A DNA stretch of 64,000 bases, taken from contig JAHITY010000124.1 of assembly GCA_018817165.1 (NCBI GenBank), forward strand, positions 97,973-161,972, written 5' to 3'. The position numbers were made by a program, and so were the translations under genes. Position 1 is the first letter of the stretch. Each line of letters starts with the position of its first letter. Under the pieces are notes generated by a model. It did no database searches. It was not told the DNA's origin and saw nothing but the letters and a program-made list of their open reading frames with translations. Below, piece after piece: positions 55,306-64,000 of this stretch. This stretch comes from Candidatus Omnitrophota bacterium (GTDB lineage Bacteria > Omnitrophota > Gorgyraeia > B26-G9).

Positions 55306-56544
55306 ATGAATAATCAAATTAAATGTCCTAACTGCGGTCACAGCTTTGATGTGGAAGAAGCGCTTTCTGGAAAAATGGAAGCGCATTTTAAAGCTGAATA
55401 TGAAAAAAAAGTAGCTGAGCAGGCAGATAAATTTAATCAGGAGAAAAATAAGCTGGATGCGGAAAGGCGCTTGTTTGCTCAAAAACAAGCTGAACAGGCT
55501 GAATTGTTTGAGGCAGAATTGGCTAAACAGCTAAAACAAGAAAAAGCCAAGATCGAAAGTAAAGCCTTGGAGTCAGTTGAGCAAGAAATGAAATCTCTCC
55601 AGCAAGAAAATGATAAAAGAAAAGCTGAGAATAAAGCTTTAAAAGAAAAAGAAGTTCAGCTGTTAAAACAAGAAGCAGCGCTAAAAGAAAAGCAGGAAGA
55701 TTTGCAGCTTAGCATGGAAAAACAGATGTTGGAAAGACAAAAAGAAATTGAAGATAAAGCCAGAGCAAAAGAAAGAGAAAGCTTTGAGCTGGAAAAAGTT
55801 AAGCTGGTCAAACAGCTTGATGACCAAAAAAAATTAACTGAAGAAATGAAACGGAAGCAAGAGCAAGGCTCTATGCAGATGCAGGGTGAAGTCCAGGAAC
55901 TGGCTTTAGAAGATTTATTATCCAGGACTTATCCATTTGATAAAATTTCTGAGGTACCTAAAGGGGTTAGAGGTGCTGACTCAATTCAGCTGGTAGTTAA
56001 TGCCCTGCAGCAGGACTGCGGTTCGATTGTCTATGAAAGCAAAAGAACTAAAAGCTTTGCTAATGACTGGATTGATAAGCTAAAACAAGATCAGATTATT
56101 TGTAAAGCTGATATCGCGGTTCTTGTTACAGAATCATTGCCCAGCGATATGGATCGGTTTGGCGAGAAAAATGGAGTATGGATCTGCGGGTTTAATGAAG
56201 TTAAGAGTTTATCTTTTGTTTTGCGAGAAATGCTGATTAAAACTCATTCAGTGAAATTAGCCCAGGTGAACAAGGGCGATAAAATGGAATTGCTCTATAA
56301 TTACCTTACCAGCAATGAATTTGTGCAAAATATCAAAAGAATTGTGGAAAACTATGATGAAATGATCAATCAGCTGAATTCGGAGAAAAAAGCAATGCAG
56401 AAGATCTGGGCAATAAGGGAAAAACAGATATGGGTAGTACAGGAAAATATATCCTCTTTGTTTGGCTCAATTAAAGGCATTGCCGGTAATGCTTTGGATA
56501 CAAGCAGTGTATTGCAATTGCCTGATGCGACAATAGACGCATAA
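55306..56544 (+). CDS. DUF2130 family protein (N-terminal zinc ribbon, long coiled coil, conserved C-terminal domain)
   Basis: CPNCGHSFD; ~180-aa E/K/Q-rich coiled coil; C-terminal GVRGADSI...WICGFNE block. Confidence 0.55.
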   Translation: MNNQIKCPNCGHSFDVEEALSGKMEAHFKAEYEKKVAEQADKFNQEKNKLDAERRLFAQKQAEQAELFEAELAKQLKQEKAKIESKALESVEQEMKSLQQENDKRKAENKALKEKEVQLLKQEAALKEKQEDLQLSMEKQMLERQKEIEDKARAKERESFELEKVKLVKQLDDQKKLTEEMKRKQEQGSMQMQGEVQELALEDLLSRTYPFDKISEVPKGVRGADSIQLVVNALQQDCGSIVYESKRTKSFANDWIDKLKQDQIICKADIAVLVTESLPSDMDRFGEKNGVWICGFNEVKSLSFVLREMLIKTHSVKLAQVNKGDKMELLYNYLTSNEFVQNIKRIVENYDEMINQLNSEKKAMQKIWAIREKQIWVVQENISSLFGSIKGIAGNALDTSSVLQLPDATIDA

Positions 56545-56594
56545 GCCGGAAATATAATTGAGTAGTATATTTATTTGATTTAAAGGATTGTTAG

Positions 56595-57038
56595 ATGCGA
56601 TTATTAATATTATGTTTAATGATTTTGTTTTTGCGTGTTTTGAGTGTTTATGCTTTGGACGGCATTGCATTAGAAAACCAAGTGATTATGGAATCTGAAT
56701 GGATGCCAACAAAAGTCCAGACTCAAGCGGCCTTGGTTCATGTTTTTAATTATATAACTAATATTAAAGCGAATACTGATAATCTGCATTTAATTGATTC
56801 TTCAGAAGATATTCTTAAAAATATTAACAATTATCGAGTTCAGCTTAAAGGCATAATCAAAGATAATAAACAGATAATTTATTGCAACTTTTTCCCGGTA
56901 AACTCGATTAGTTTGGAATTTGTAAATTGGAAAGAAAATCTTATCTATGTTTATGCCGGTGGTTTTTGGTTTTGGCAGATTGAATATGATTTGCAGTCAG
57001 AGCGATGCTTTAATTTTGCTGTAAACGGAGATGCTTGA
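56595..57038 (+). CDS. hypothetical secreted protein
   Basis: Signal peptide; no recognisable motif. Confidence 0.3.
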   Translation: MRLLILCLMILFLRVLSVYALDGIALENQVIMESEWMPTKVQTQAALVHVFNYITNIKANTDNLHLIDSSEDILKNINNYRVQLKGIIKDNKQIIYCNFFPVNSISLEFVNWKENLIYVYAGGFWFWQIEYDLQSERCFNFAVNGDA

Positions 57039-57210
57039 AATATATACTTGTGAAATGTATTTGTAAATCAAAGCCAATCTATTCCAATAAATTAAGCGAG
57101 ATATTCAGTGCTTTATTAATCATTGTATACATGATAAAATGATAACTGTAGTAGAAATCAATAATGAAAAACTGCATCATAACTGAGCAAACAATAGAAG
57201 GAAGTAAATT

Positions 57211-57717
57211 ATGGATCTAGACAAAATTTTAATAACTAAAATGATGTGGACTGTGCTTTTTCTTTTGGGCATATTTTTTATGTCTGTGCTGACTAAGTCA
57301 AAGGTAAAGCAAATCCAGGAAGAAAAGCAGCTGGCGAAGAGCCGTTATTATACAATCAAGCGCCTGGTCAGTATTTTTTCCGTGATTCTCGCTATTGTCT
57401 TGATGGTTGCCCTCTGGGGTATAAATATCAGGCATTTATGGGTAAGCATCACTAGTGTTTTAGCGATGATTGCGGTAGCATTTTTTGCTGTTTGGAGTTT
57501 GGTCGGTAATATTCTAGCGGGAATTATTATCTTTTTTACTGAGCCGTTTAAAATTAATGATCGGATTGAAGTTCTTCCGGAAAACATTAAAGGCAAAGTG
57601 ATTGCGATCAATACTTTTTTTACTCTGATCCATGATGAAGAGGATAATATTATTAATATCCCTAATTCCATGGTGTTTCAAAGGTTTGTTAAAAGACTTA
57701 AACGTAAGAAACATTAA
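57211..57717 (+). CDS. small MscS-like mechanosensitive channel family protein
   Basis: Three TM helices followed by the FTEPFKINDRIEV beta-domain motif. Confidence 0.5.
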   Translation: MDLDKILITKMMWTVLFLLGIFFMSVLTKSKVKQIQEEKQLAKSRYYTIKRLVSIFSVILAIVLMVALWGINIRHLWVSITSVLAMIAVAFFAVWSLVGNILAGIIIFFTEPFKINDRIEVLPENIKGKVIAINTFFTLIHDEEDNIINIPNSMVFQRFVKRLKRKKH

Positions 57718-57774
57718 GATAATATCGTAAAATTTATTAATTTAATAAGCGTATTTTAAATCGATGAGGTGAAT

Positions 57775-58359
57775 ATGAAAGTTTTAGCAATTAATGGTAG
57801 TCCCAGATTAAATGGCAATACTGATGAATTAATTAAAACAGTTTTTACGGCTTTGGAAGCAGAGGGCATTGAAACTGAATGTATTCAGATCGGAGCTAAA
57901 AACATTAAAGGCTGCATTGCTTGTTATAAATGTTTTGAAAATAAAGATAAAAAATGCGCAGTTAAGAATGATATTGCTAATGAGGTGATCACTAAGATAT
58001 TGGAAGCTGATGGCTTGATTTTAGCTTCGCCGACTTATTTTACGGATATTACTGCTGAGTTAAAAGCTTTGATTGACAGATTAGGATTAGTTGCCATTGC
58101 TAACGGCGGATTATTGAGACACAAAGTCGGAGCCGCGGTAATTGCGGTTAGAAGGGGCGGCGGTATTCATGCTTTTGATACAATAAATCATTTATTTCAG
58201 ATCAGCCAGATGTTTATTGTTGGTTCAACCTATTGGAATTTGGGCTTTGGTCGGAATAAAGGCGAAGTATTAGGTGATGATGAAGGCTTGAAAAATATGA
58301 CTAATTTAGGACAGTCAATGGCTTTCTTACTGAAAAAATTAGATGCAAAGGATATTTAA
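57775..58359 (+). CDS. NADPH-dependent FMN reductase / iron-sulfur flavoprotein family
   Basis: MKVLAINGSPRLNGNT flavodoxin-like N-terminus plus CIACYKC Cys cluster; SD gaggtg. Confidence 0.6.
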   Translation: MKVLAINGSPRLNGNTDELIKTVFTALEAEGIETECIQIGAKNIKGCIACYKCFENKDKKCAVKNDIANEVITKILEADGLILASPTYFTDITAELKALIDRLGLVAIANGGLLRHKVGAAVIAVRRGGGIHAFDTINHLFQISQMFIVGSTYWNLGFGRNKGEVLGDDEGLKNMTNLGQSMAFLLKKLDAKDI

Positions 58360-58935
58360 ATGTCAGAAGACAGAGCGAGTAAAGAGTTTCAACACCATCA
58401 TAAAGGCAAGACTTCAGAAGCATTATTGGATAAAAATATTATCTTAAATGCTTTAAACCTAACTTGCGGTCAGACAGTTATTGATGCGGGTTGCGGTAAT
58501 GGCTATATGGCTAAAAAATTTGCTGAATTAGTCAAACCAAATGGGCGAGTGTATGCCATAGATATTGATCAGCAAGTGATTGAACAGTTAAAAATAGAAA
58601 TAGGTAATTCGCTTATTCAGCCAATGATTGCTGATATTACCCAGTCTATACCAATAGCAGATGGTTCAATTGATTTAATTTATTTGTCAACAGTGTTTCA
58701 TGGCTTTTCTCTGGATCAGATCAAGGGCTTTGTTGATCTAGTGAAAAGATTATTAAAACCTAATGCTGTTTTGGTAATTTTGGAAATGGAGAAAAAACAA
58801 ACTTCTTTTGGACCGCCTTTAAACATTAGGGTCTCTGCTCAGGAACTAAAGCAATTGATTAGGCTTGAGCCTAAAAAAACAATTAAAATAGGTGAAGATT
58901 TTTATTTGCAGTTATTTATCAATAAACCGCTTTAA
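58360..58935 (+). CDS. class I SAM-dependent methyltransferase
   Basis: Motif I VIDAGCGNG; acidic motif II YAIDID. Confidence 0.7.
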   Translation: MSEDRASKEFQHHHKGKTSEALLDKNIILNALNLTCGQTVIDAGCGNGYMAKKFAELVKPNGRVYAIDIDQQVIEQLKIEIGNSLIQPMIADITQSIPIADGSIDLIYLSTVFHGFSLDQIKGFVDLVKRLLKPNAVLVILEMEKKQTSFGPPLNIRVSAQELKQLIRLEPKKTIKIGEDFYLQLFINKPL

Positions 58936-58990
58936 TGTTTAATTAGGTTGATTTGGTTTTAATTTAATTGTAAATTATGAGGAAGTTAAA

Positions 58991-59329
58991 ATGCTGGATT
59001 TAAAGACGCTTAAATGTGAAGCTTGTCAGACAGGGGCGCCTATATTGACTGAAGAGCAAATAAAACAGTTTATGGAACTTATTCCTTTGTGGAATATTGT
59101 TGAGCAGGAATCAATTAAAAAGCTTGAGCGAATGTTCACGTTTAAGGATTTTAAGCAGACTTTGTCTTTTGTTAATAGGATAGGGGAGATTGCAGAGGAA
59201 AATGGACATCATCCTTTGTTATTGGTTGGTTATAATCAACTGATAGTTTGGTGGTGGACGCATAAAATTAATGGTTTACATCAGAATGATTTTATTATGG
59301 CAGCAAAAATTGATGGATTGGTTGTTTAA
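58991..59329 (+). CDS. pterin-4a-carbinolamine dehydratase (PCD/DCoH)
   Basis: EENGHHP ... W.THK..GL core. Confidence 0.65.
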   Translation: MLDLKTLKCEACQTGAPILTEEQIKQFMELIPLWNIVEQESIKKLERMFTFKDFKQTLSFVNRIGEIAEENGHHPLLLVGYNQLIVWWWTHKINGLHQNDFIMAAKIDGLVV

Positions 59330-59342
59330 CCCGGGAGGTTTG

Positions 59343-59690
59343 ATGAATTGGTATTTGGCTGTATTAAAAAAATATGCGGTTTTCAAGGGCAGGGCAAGAA
59401 GAAAAGAGTATTGGATGTTTTTTTTGTTTAATCTGATTATTGCTTTTGTTCTGGGTATGGTGGAAGGGTTTTTGGGAATTAATCCCACTGGTGGTCAAAG
59501 TATATTAGCGGATATTTATCAGCTGGCGGTTTTATTGCCTTCAATTGCTGTGGGCATACGCAGAATGCATGATGTGAATAAAAGCGGCTGGTTTATTCTA
59601 GTACCAATATATAATCTGTTTTTAGCAGTTAAACAAGGCGATGTTGGAGAAAATAGATTTGGTCCTGATCCATTGGAAGTAGTAAGTTAA
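59343..59690 (+). CDS. DUF805 (YhaH-like) inner membrane protein
   Basis: GRARRKEYWMF ... GIRRMHDVNKSGW motifs. Confidence 0.6.
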   Translation: MNWYLAVLKKYAVFKGRARRKEYWMFFLFNLIIAFVLGMVEGFLGINPTGGQSILADIYQLAVLLPSIAVGIRRMHDVNKSGWFILVPIYNLFLAVKQGDVGENRFGPDPLEVVS

Positions 59691-59709
59691 GATTAATTGA
59701 GGGGGCAAT

Positions 59710-60138
59710 ATGAAAAAAATAATTATAGGATTAGTTTGTCTGGGGTTTATTATCGGAATAACCGACATTAGCAGTGCGGATTCCTGGAACGCGAGAAAAA
59801 ATAAAGTAAAGCAATTGCTGAAGAAAAATAATCTGGTAGGTTCTGATCGCTTTGAATTAGTTTATGCGCAGAAAATTACTGATCGGATGTCTAATCATTT
59901 TGTTTATATTCTTCAGGATGAGCTAACCAAGAGGGAGTATTTAATTTATACAGTTGGCGATGGAGATTCAACAGCTATCAATAATCTGGCAATTACCCCA
60001 TTATTGCTGGCGGAGCCTGGGCAGACTCTGACTATTAATAAAACCAGTACTCAGTCAGCCATGGACGATGCTGATGAGGAAGAAGATACTTTAGAAGATG
60101 TGGAAGAGGCTGAGGTTGCAGATGATGCTACAAAATAG
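59710..60138 (+). CDS. hypothetical secreted protein with acidic C-terminal tail
   Basis: Signal peptide; DDADEEEDTLEDVEEAEVADD tail. Confidence 0.3.
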   Translation: MKKIIIGLVCLGFIIGITDISSADSWNARKNKVKQLLKKNNLVGSDRFELVYAQKITDRMSNHFVYILQDELTKREYLIYTVGDGDSTAINNLAITPLLLAEPGQTLTINKTSTQSAMDDADEEEDTLEDVEEAEVADDATK

Positions 60139-60215
60139 ATGATTATGCGAAAGTTGAAAAAAGATCTAAAGTGAAATATCTATTTCTGTTTTAAACGTAA
60201 ACCAGGAGGTATGTT

Positions 60216-60458
60216 ATGAATTTTGATACTTTGCTGCGGATATTAGGATGGTGTAGTATTATTAATATCGGAATTTTATTTTGGTGGTTTGCGATTATTG
60301 CATTTGCCGGGAAATGGGTATATAAAATTCATAGTAAGTGGTTTAAAATACCTGAAGAACAGTTTAATGCGATTCATTATAGCGGGATTATGTATTATAA
60401 AATAACTATATTTGTGGTTTTTATAGTTCCTTATATTGTTTTGCGAATTATTAGATGA
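60216..60458 (+). CDS. small membrane protein
   Basis: 80 aa, two TM helices. Confidence 0.3.
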   Translation: MNFDTLLRILGWCSIINIGILFWWFAIIAFAGKWVYKIHSKWFKIPEEQFNAIHYSGIMYYKITIFVVFIVPYIVLRIIR

Positions 60459-60470
60459 ATTTAATTTGGA

Positions 60471-60851
60471 TTGATTATGGCTTTAGATCGAAAAAAACTG
60501 GCGCTGATTCATATAATTAAAAAAAATCTGGGTCTAAGTGATGAACTTTATCGGGAGATTCTTTTTCAGGCAGCTGGGGTAAGAAGCGCCAAGGATCTGA
60601 ATGAACAGAGTTTTCATAAGTTGATGAAGCACTTTGTGCGGAGTTCTTATTTTCAGAAAAATCAGTATGGAATAACCCTTAAACAAAAGATGTATATTGA
60701 TTATTTGAGTGAGAAAATTGATTGGACTCAAGACCATTTGATTAATTTTATCCGCAAGTATTATCATAAAACTGATCTTGATCATTTAACTAGAAAAGAT
60801 GCGGCTAAGACTATTGAGGCATTGAAAAATATACGCTTGCGCCAGGGATAA
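60471..60851 (+). CDS. phage GemA/gp16-like regulatory protein (DUF1018-like)
   Basis: LIHIIKKNLGLSDELYREIL ... resembles Mu GemA-type N-terminus; weak. Confidence 0.35.
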   Translation: MIMALDRKKLALIHIIKKNLGLSDELYREILFQAAGVRSAKDLNEQSFHKLMKHFVRSSYFQKNQYGITLKQKMYIDYLSEKIDWTQDHLINFIRKYYHKTDLDHLTRKDAAKTIEALKNIRLRQG

Positions 60852-60888
60852 AAATAGATGAATATTAAAAATAAGAAAGGGAATAACA

Positions 60889-61560
60889 ATGAATTTAAAT
60901 AATGTTTTTAATCGGGATGATAGTACTTCATCTGGACAGACAATCAGCGCGAATATATACAATCTGGTAATTGGTTTGGTATTATGCTGGGGTTTTTTTA
61001 TTAATTATTTGATTATTAAAAATGTCGCGTATCAGTCCATTGCGCAGATAAATCCGATTTTATTTTTTATCGGATATATTGGTAGCTGTTTTCTCGGTAT
61101 ATCGATGTTTAAGTCATCGGATAATCCTTTGATTAGTTTTGTTGGATATAATTTTGTGGTAGTTCCTTTTGGCTTTGTGATAAATCTGATAGTGTCTCAG
61201 TACGATCCAATGATTGTCCAGGAAGCGATTAGAGTTACCGGGTTAGTAACTGCTTTTATGATGCTTTTGGGGACTTTGTTCCCAGATTTCTTTAAGAAAA
61301 TCATCGGGGGGTTAACTATTGCATTGTTTGCGGTGATAATTATTGAGTTGATTGAGGTTTTTATTTTTAAAATGCATCATGGTTTTTTAGATTATATTGT
61401 TGTTTTGATTTTCTGCGGCTATATTGGTTATGATTGGGCCAGAGCGAACAATATTCCCAAAACACTGGATAATGCCGTGGATAGCGCGGCATCATTGTAT
61501 ATTGATATTATAAACCTGTTTATCAGAATACTCAGAATCATGGGCAGAAGAAATAACTAA
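60889..61560 (+). CDS. integral membrane protein
   Basis: 223 aa, 6-7 predicted TM helices. Confidence 0.3.
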   Translation: MNLNNVFNRDDSTSSGQTISANIYNLVIGLVLCWGFFINYLIIKNVAYQSIAQINPILFFIGYIGSCFLGISMFKSSDNPLISFVGYNFVVVPFGFVINLIVSQYDPMIVQEAIRVTGLVTAFMMLLGTLFPDFFKKIIGGLTIALFAVIIIELIEVFIFKMHHGFLDYIVVLIFCGYIGYDWARANNIPKTLDNAVDSAASLYIDIINLFIRILRIMGRRNN

Positions 61561-61578
61561 TTAGTTTTTGAGGAATAT

Positions 61579-62025
61579 ATGAATAAGCAATCAATCATAA
61601 TTATAATTTTGGGGCTGGCGGCTGCTGCCTGGGGGGGATGGCTGACTTATAATAGCTATCCGCTGATGTTAGACAGTATCTTAATGTTTTCACAAACAGC
61701 TGAGCAGATTGGGAAATTTAAAGCAGGAATTTATTTGTTTGTGCAGGTGATTCCTGTGTTTTTTTTGCTGGGAGGGATGGGCCTGCTTTTACTCAAAGGC
61801 TGGGGTTTAAGATTAGTTCATACAACTATTTTTATTGATATTTTTATCAATCTTTTTAGGTTGGGTAGGCATGTTTATTTTTGGTTTAAGCCGTTGGAAA
61901 CTATTGAAATATCTGTTTTGCAGTATTTTTTTGACCCGGCAATGATGGTAATCAGTATGCTGGTTTTAGTCGAAATTATTGCGATAAATTTTTCTACGCA
62001 TTTGAAAAATGGATTGATTAATTGA
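61579..62025 (+). CDS. integral membrane protein
   Basis: 148 aa, 4 TM helices. Confidence 0.3.
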   Translation: MNKQSIIIIILGLAAAAWGGWLTYNSYPLMLDSILMFSQTAEQIGKFKAGIYLFVQVIPVFFLLGGMGLLLLKGWGLRLVHTTIFIDIFINLFRLGRHVYFWFKPLETIEISVLQYFFDPAMMVISMLVLVEIIAINFSTHLKNGLIN

Positions 62026-62066
62026 ATTAGCAGAGTAGTATTCTTAAAATAAGCGAGGATGCATGT

Positions 62067-62408
62067 ATGGATAGAATTCAAATAGCATATACTGTTTTAG
62101 GATCATTGGGGTTGATTTTAGCTACTCTCGGCTATCTGATAAAATACAAAAAAATGATTAATTTGGTTGCCGGAGTTTGTAAAAACGATAAGAGAATTAA
62201 AAATAAGATTGGTTTCGCCCGTTTTGTCGGAGGCAATGTTATGGCCTTGGGCATTGTGTTTTTTATCGGGTCTTTGATGATTTATAGTAATTATCAACAC
62301 AAGATTTTAATTGAGACATTTTTTTTAGTGGGCGTATTTATGGTTATTAGTATAACTTTCAGAAATGCGAAAAAATATATTAATCAAGAAGAAAATCATG
62401 AAAAATAA
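62067..62408 (+). CDS. small membrane protein (DUF3784-like)
   Basis: 113 aa, 3 TM helices. Confidence 0.3.
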   Translation: MDRIQIAYTVLGSLGLILATLGYLIKYKKMINLVAGVCKNDKRIKNKIGFARFVGGNVMALGIVFFIGSLMIYSNYQHKILIETFFLVGVFMVISITFRNAKKYINQEENHEK

Positions 62409-62439
62409 GCAAATACAAATTATTTGGTTAAATTATTAG

Positions 62440-63933
62440 ATGAAAGATATTGTTCTTGCCACTATCAATGCTCGATATACCCACTCTTCTATTGCCTTAA
62501 GATATTTATATGCGAATCTTAAAGCGCTTAAGGGTTCAGCTGTTATTCAGGAATATGATATATCCGATAATCCGCAGCAGATTGCTGAGCAGATATTAGC
62601 TTTAAAACCCAAGCTTGTATGTATGGGGATTTATATCTGGAATGCGCGGGAATCCCAAGCTGTGATTGAAATCATTAAAAAGGTTTGTCCTGAGATATTT
62701 ATTATTCTCGGTGGCCCGGAAGTTAGTTATCAGCCGTTCAGAGTTGATTTTGGCAAAGCTGATTATATTATTCAGGGCGAAGGAGAAATCACGCTTTATA
62801 ATTTAGCGGTACAATTATTGAATAATCATAAGCCGCCTAATCGGATTTTTAATCCAAAAGCGGTTGACCTTGAATTAATTGAATTGCCTTATGCCTATTA
62901 TACTGACGAGGATATTAAAAATAGAATAATTTATGTTGAGGCATCGCGCGGCTGTGCTTTTAACTGCGAATTTTGTTTGTCTTCAATTGATAAACAGGTC
63001 AGGTCTTTTAATCTAGATAAAATCCTTGCTGAACTGGATAAGTTGTGGGAAAGGGGCTGTTGCTCCTTCAAGTTTGTTGATCGGACATTTAATCTTGATA
63101 TTAAAGTAACTAATAGAATTCTTGATTTCTTTTTGGCAAAACAAATGCCTTATTTTGTTCATTTTGAAGTGATCCCCGAGAATTTTCCCGAAGAATTTAA
63201 GCAGAGAATTAAACAGTTTCCCCCCCAAGCCTTGCAATTGGAAGTAGGAATTCAAACCCTGAATCCGCAAGTGGCTAATAATATTAAAAGAAATCTGGAT
63301 ATGGAAAAGATTAAACAAAATTTAATCTTTCTGGAAACTCTGACTAATGCGCATTTGCATGTGGATTTAATTGTCGGGCTGCCGGGACAAACCATTGAGA
63401 GCTTTGCTAATGATTTAAATCAATTAGTTTCGATTATGAGTTCTAAAATTCAACTGGGTGTGCTGAAAAAACTTTCGGGAACCACTATATCGCGGCATGA
63501 TCAAATTCATGGCATGGTTTATTCTGATTTGCCGCCTTATGATATCTTAAAAAATGATTTAATTTCGTATGAGCAGATGCAGAAATTAAAACGCATGGCG
63601 CGTTTTTGGGAAATAACTTATAATGGCAATAACTTTTCTCAGAGCGTCAAGTTGCTTTGGCCCGATGGAGATGTGTTTAAAGGTTTTTTTGGCTTTTGTG
63701 AATGGGTTTATAACCAGACTCAATCAACTTATCAAATATCGTTAAATAGGCTGGCAGAATTGTTGTTTATGTATATAATAAAGCTAGAGCCGAGAACGGA
63801 TAAGGAAAAGACGGAATTAGCAAATTTAATGGTTGCTGATATTTTAAAACGCAAACTTAGGAAAATTCCGGGATTTTTACGCGATTACGCGTCAGATATC
63901 CCGATTATTAAAAAATCAAGTTATGGTGTTTAA
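62440..63933 (+). CDS. B12-binding domain / radical SAM / DUF4080 protein
   Basis: N-terminal B12-binding fold, EASRGCAFNCEFC rSAM cluster, DUF4080-like C-terminal extension. Confidence 0.75.
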   Translation: MKDIVLATINARYTHSSIALRYLYANLKALKGSAVIQEYDISDNPQQIAEQILALKPKLVCMGIYIWNARESQAVIEIIKKVCPEIFIILGGPEVSYQPFRVDFGKADYIIQGEGEITLYNLAVQLLNNHKPPNRIFNPKAVDLELIELPYAYYTDEDIKNRIIYVEASRGCAFNCEFCLSSIDKQVRSFNLDKILAELDKLWERGCCSFKFVDRTFNLDIKVTNRILDFFLAKQMPYFVHFEVIPENFPEEFKQRIKQFPPQALQLEVGIQTLNPQVANNIKRNLDMEKIKQNLIFLETLTNAHLHVDLIVGLPGQTIESFANDLNQLVSIMSSKIQLGVLKKLSGTTISRHDQIHGMVYSDLPPYDILKNDLISYEQMQKLKRMARFWEITYNGNNFSQSVKLLWPDGDVFKGFFGFCEWVYNQTQSTYQISLNRLAELLFMYIIKLEPRTDKEKTELANLMVADILKRKLRKIPGFLRDYASDIPIIKKSSYGV

Positions 63934-64000
63934 TGGGGGTAGTTAAATTAAAAAGAAAGGACAGTTATGAGGGATTTTTTATTTTTTAGGAAATTAGTCA

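Overview
This is an AT-rich (roughly one-third GC) bacterial chromosome segment with about 70 genes, almost all on the + strand. A prepilin-like protein (39819-40277) with the N-terminal methylation motif [10 protein letters not shown] and a C-terminal DG signature typical of the PVC superphylum suggests an Omnitrophota/Planctomycetota-like organism. Housekeeping content: an ABC exporter operon, pyruvate kinase, rpoN, a pyrimidine operon (pyrR-pyrB-pyrC ... pyrK-pyrD-pyrF) with a recognisable PyrR attenuator, gmk-rpoZ-coaC-coaB, three tRNAs (Cys, Leu, Val), and thrS-infC-rpmI-rplT-pheS-pheT. The most unusual content is a 17-kb locus (8.7-25.7 kb) with six paralogous B12-binding radical-SAM enzymes, two FAD oxidoreductases and an Arn-like trio (NodB-family deacetylase, GT2, GT-C/TPR membrane glycosyltransferase); a seventh B12-rSAM sits at the window end. 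It looks like an undescribed lipid or glycoconjugate tailoring pathway. The window also carries several families of GC-rich dispersed repeats that form mosaic intergenic elements: REP-like GTAGGGGC hairpins next to and inside a RAYT/IS200-like transposase gene, a ~115-bp hairpin element, TCACMAGG octamer arrays and AGCTNAT heptamer arrays. The pyr operon is split by a DNA-repair cassette (bacterial EndoQ homolog, flavodoxin, YjbQ, Fpg) bounded by these repeats, and the 3-prime end of tRNA-Val plus 65 bp of flank is duplicated 330 bp downstream. No CRISPR array or rRNA was seen.
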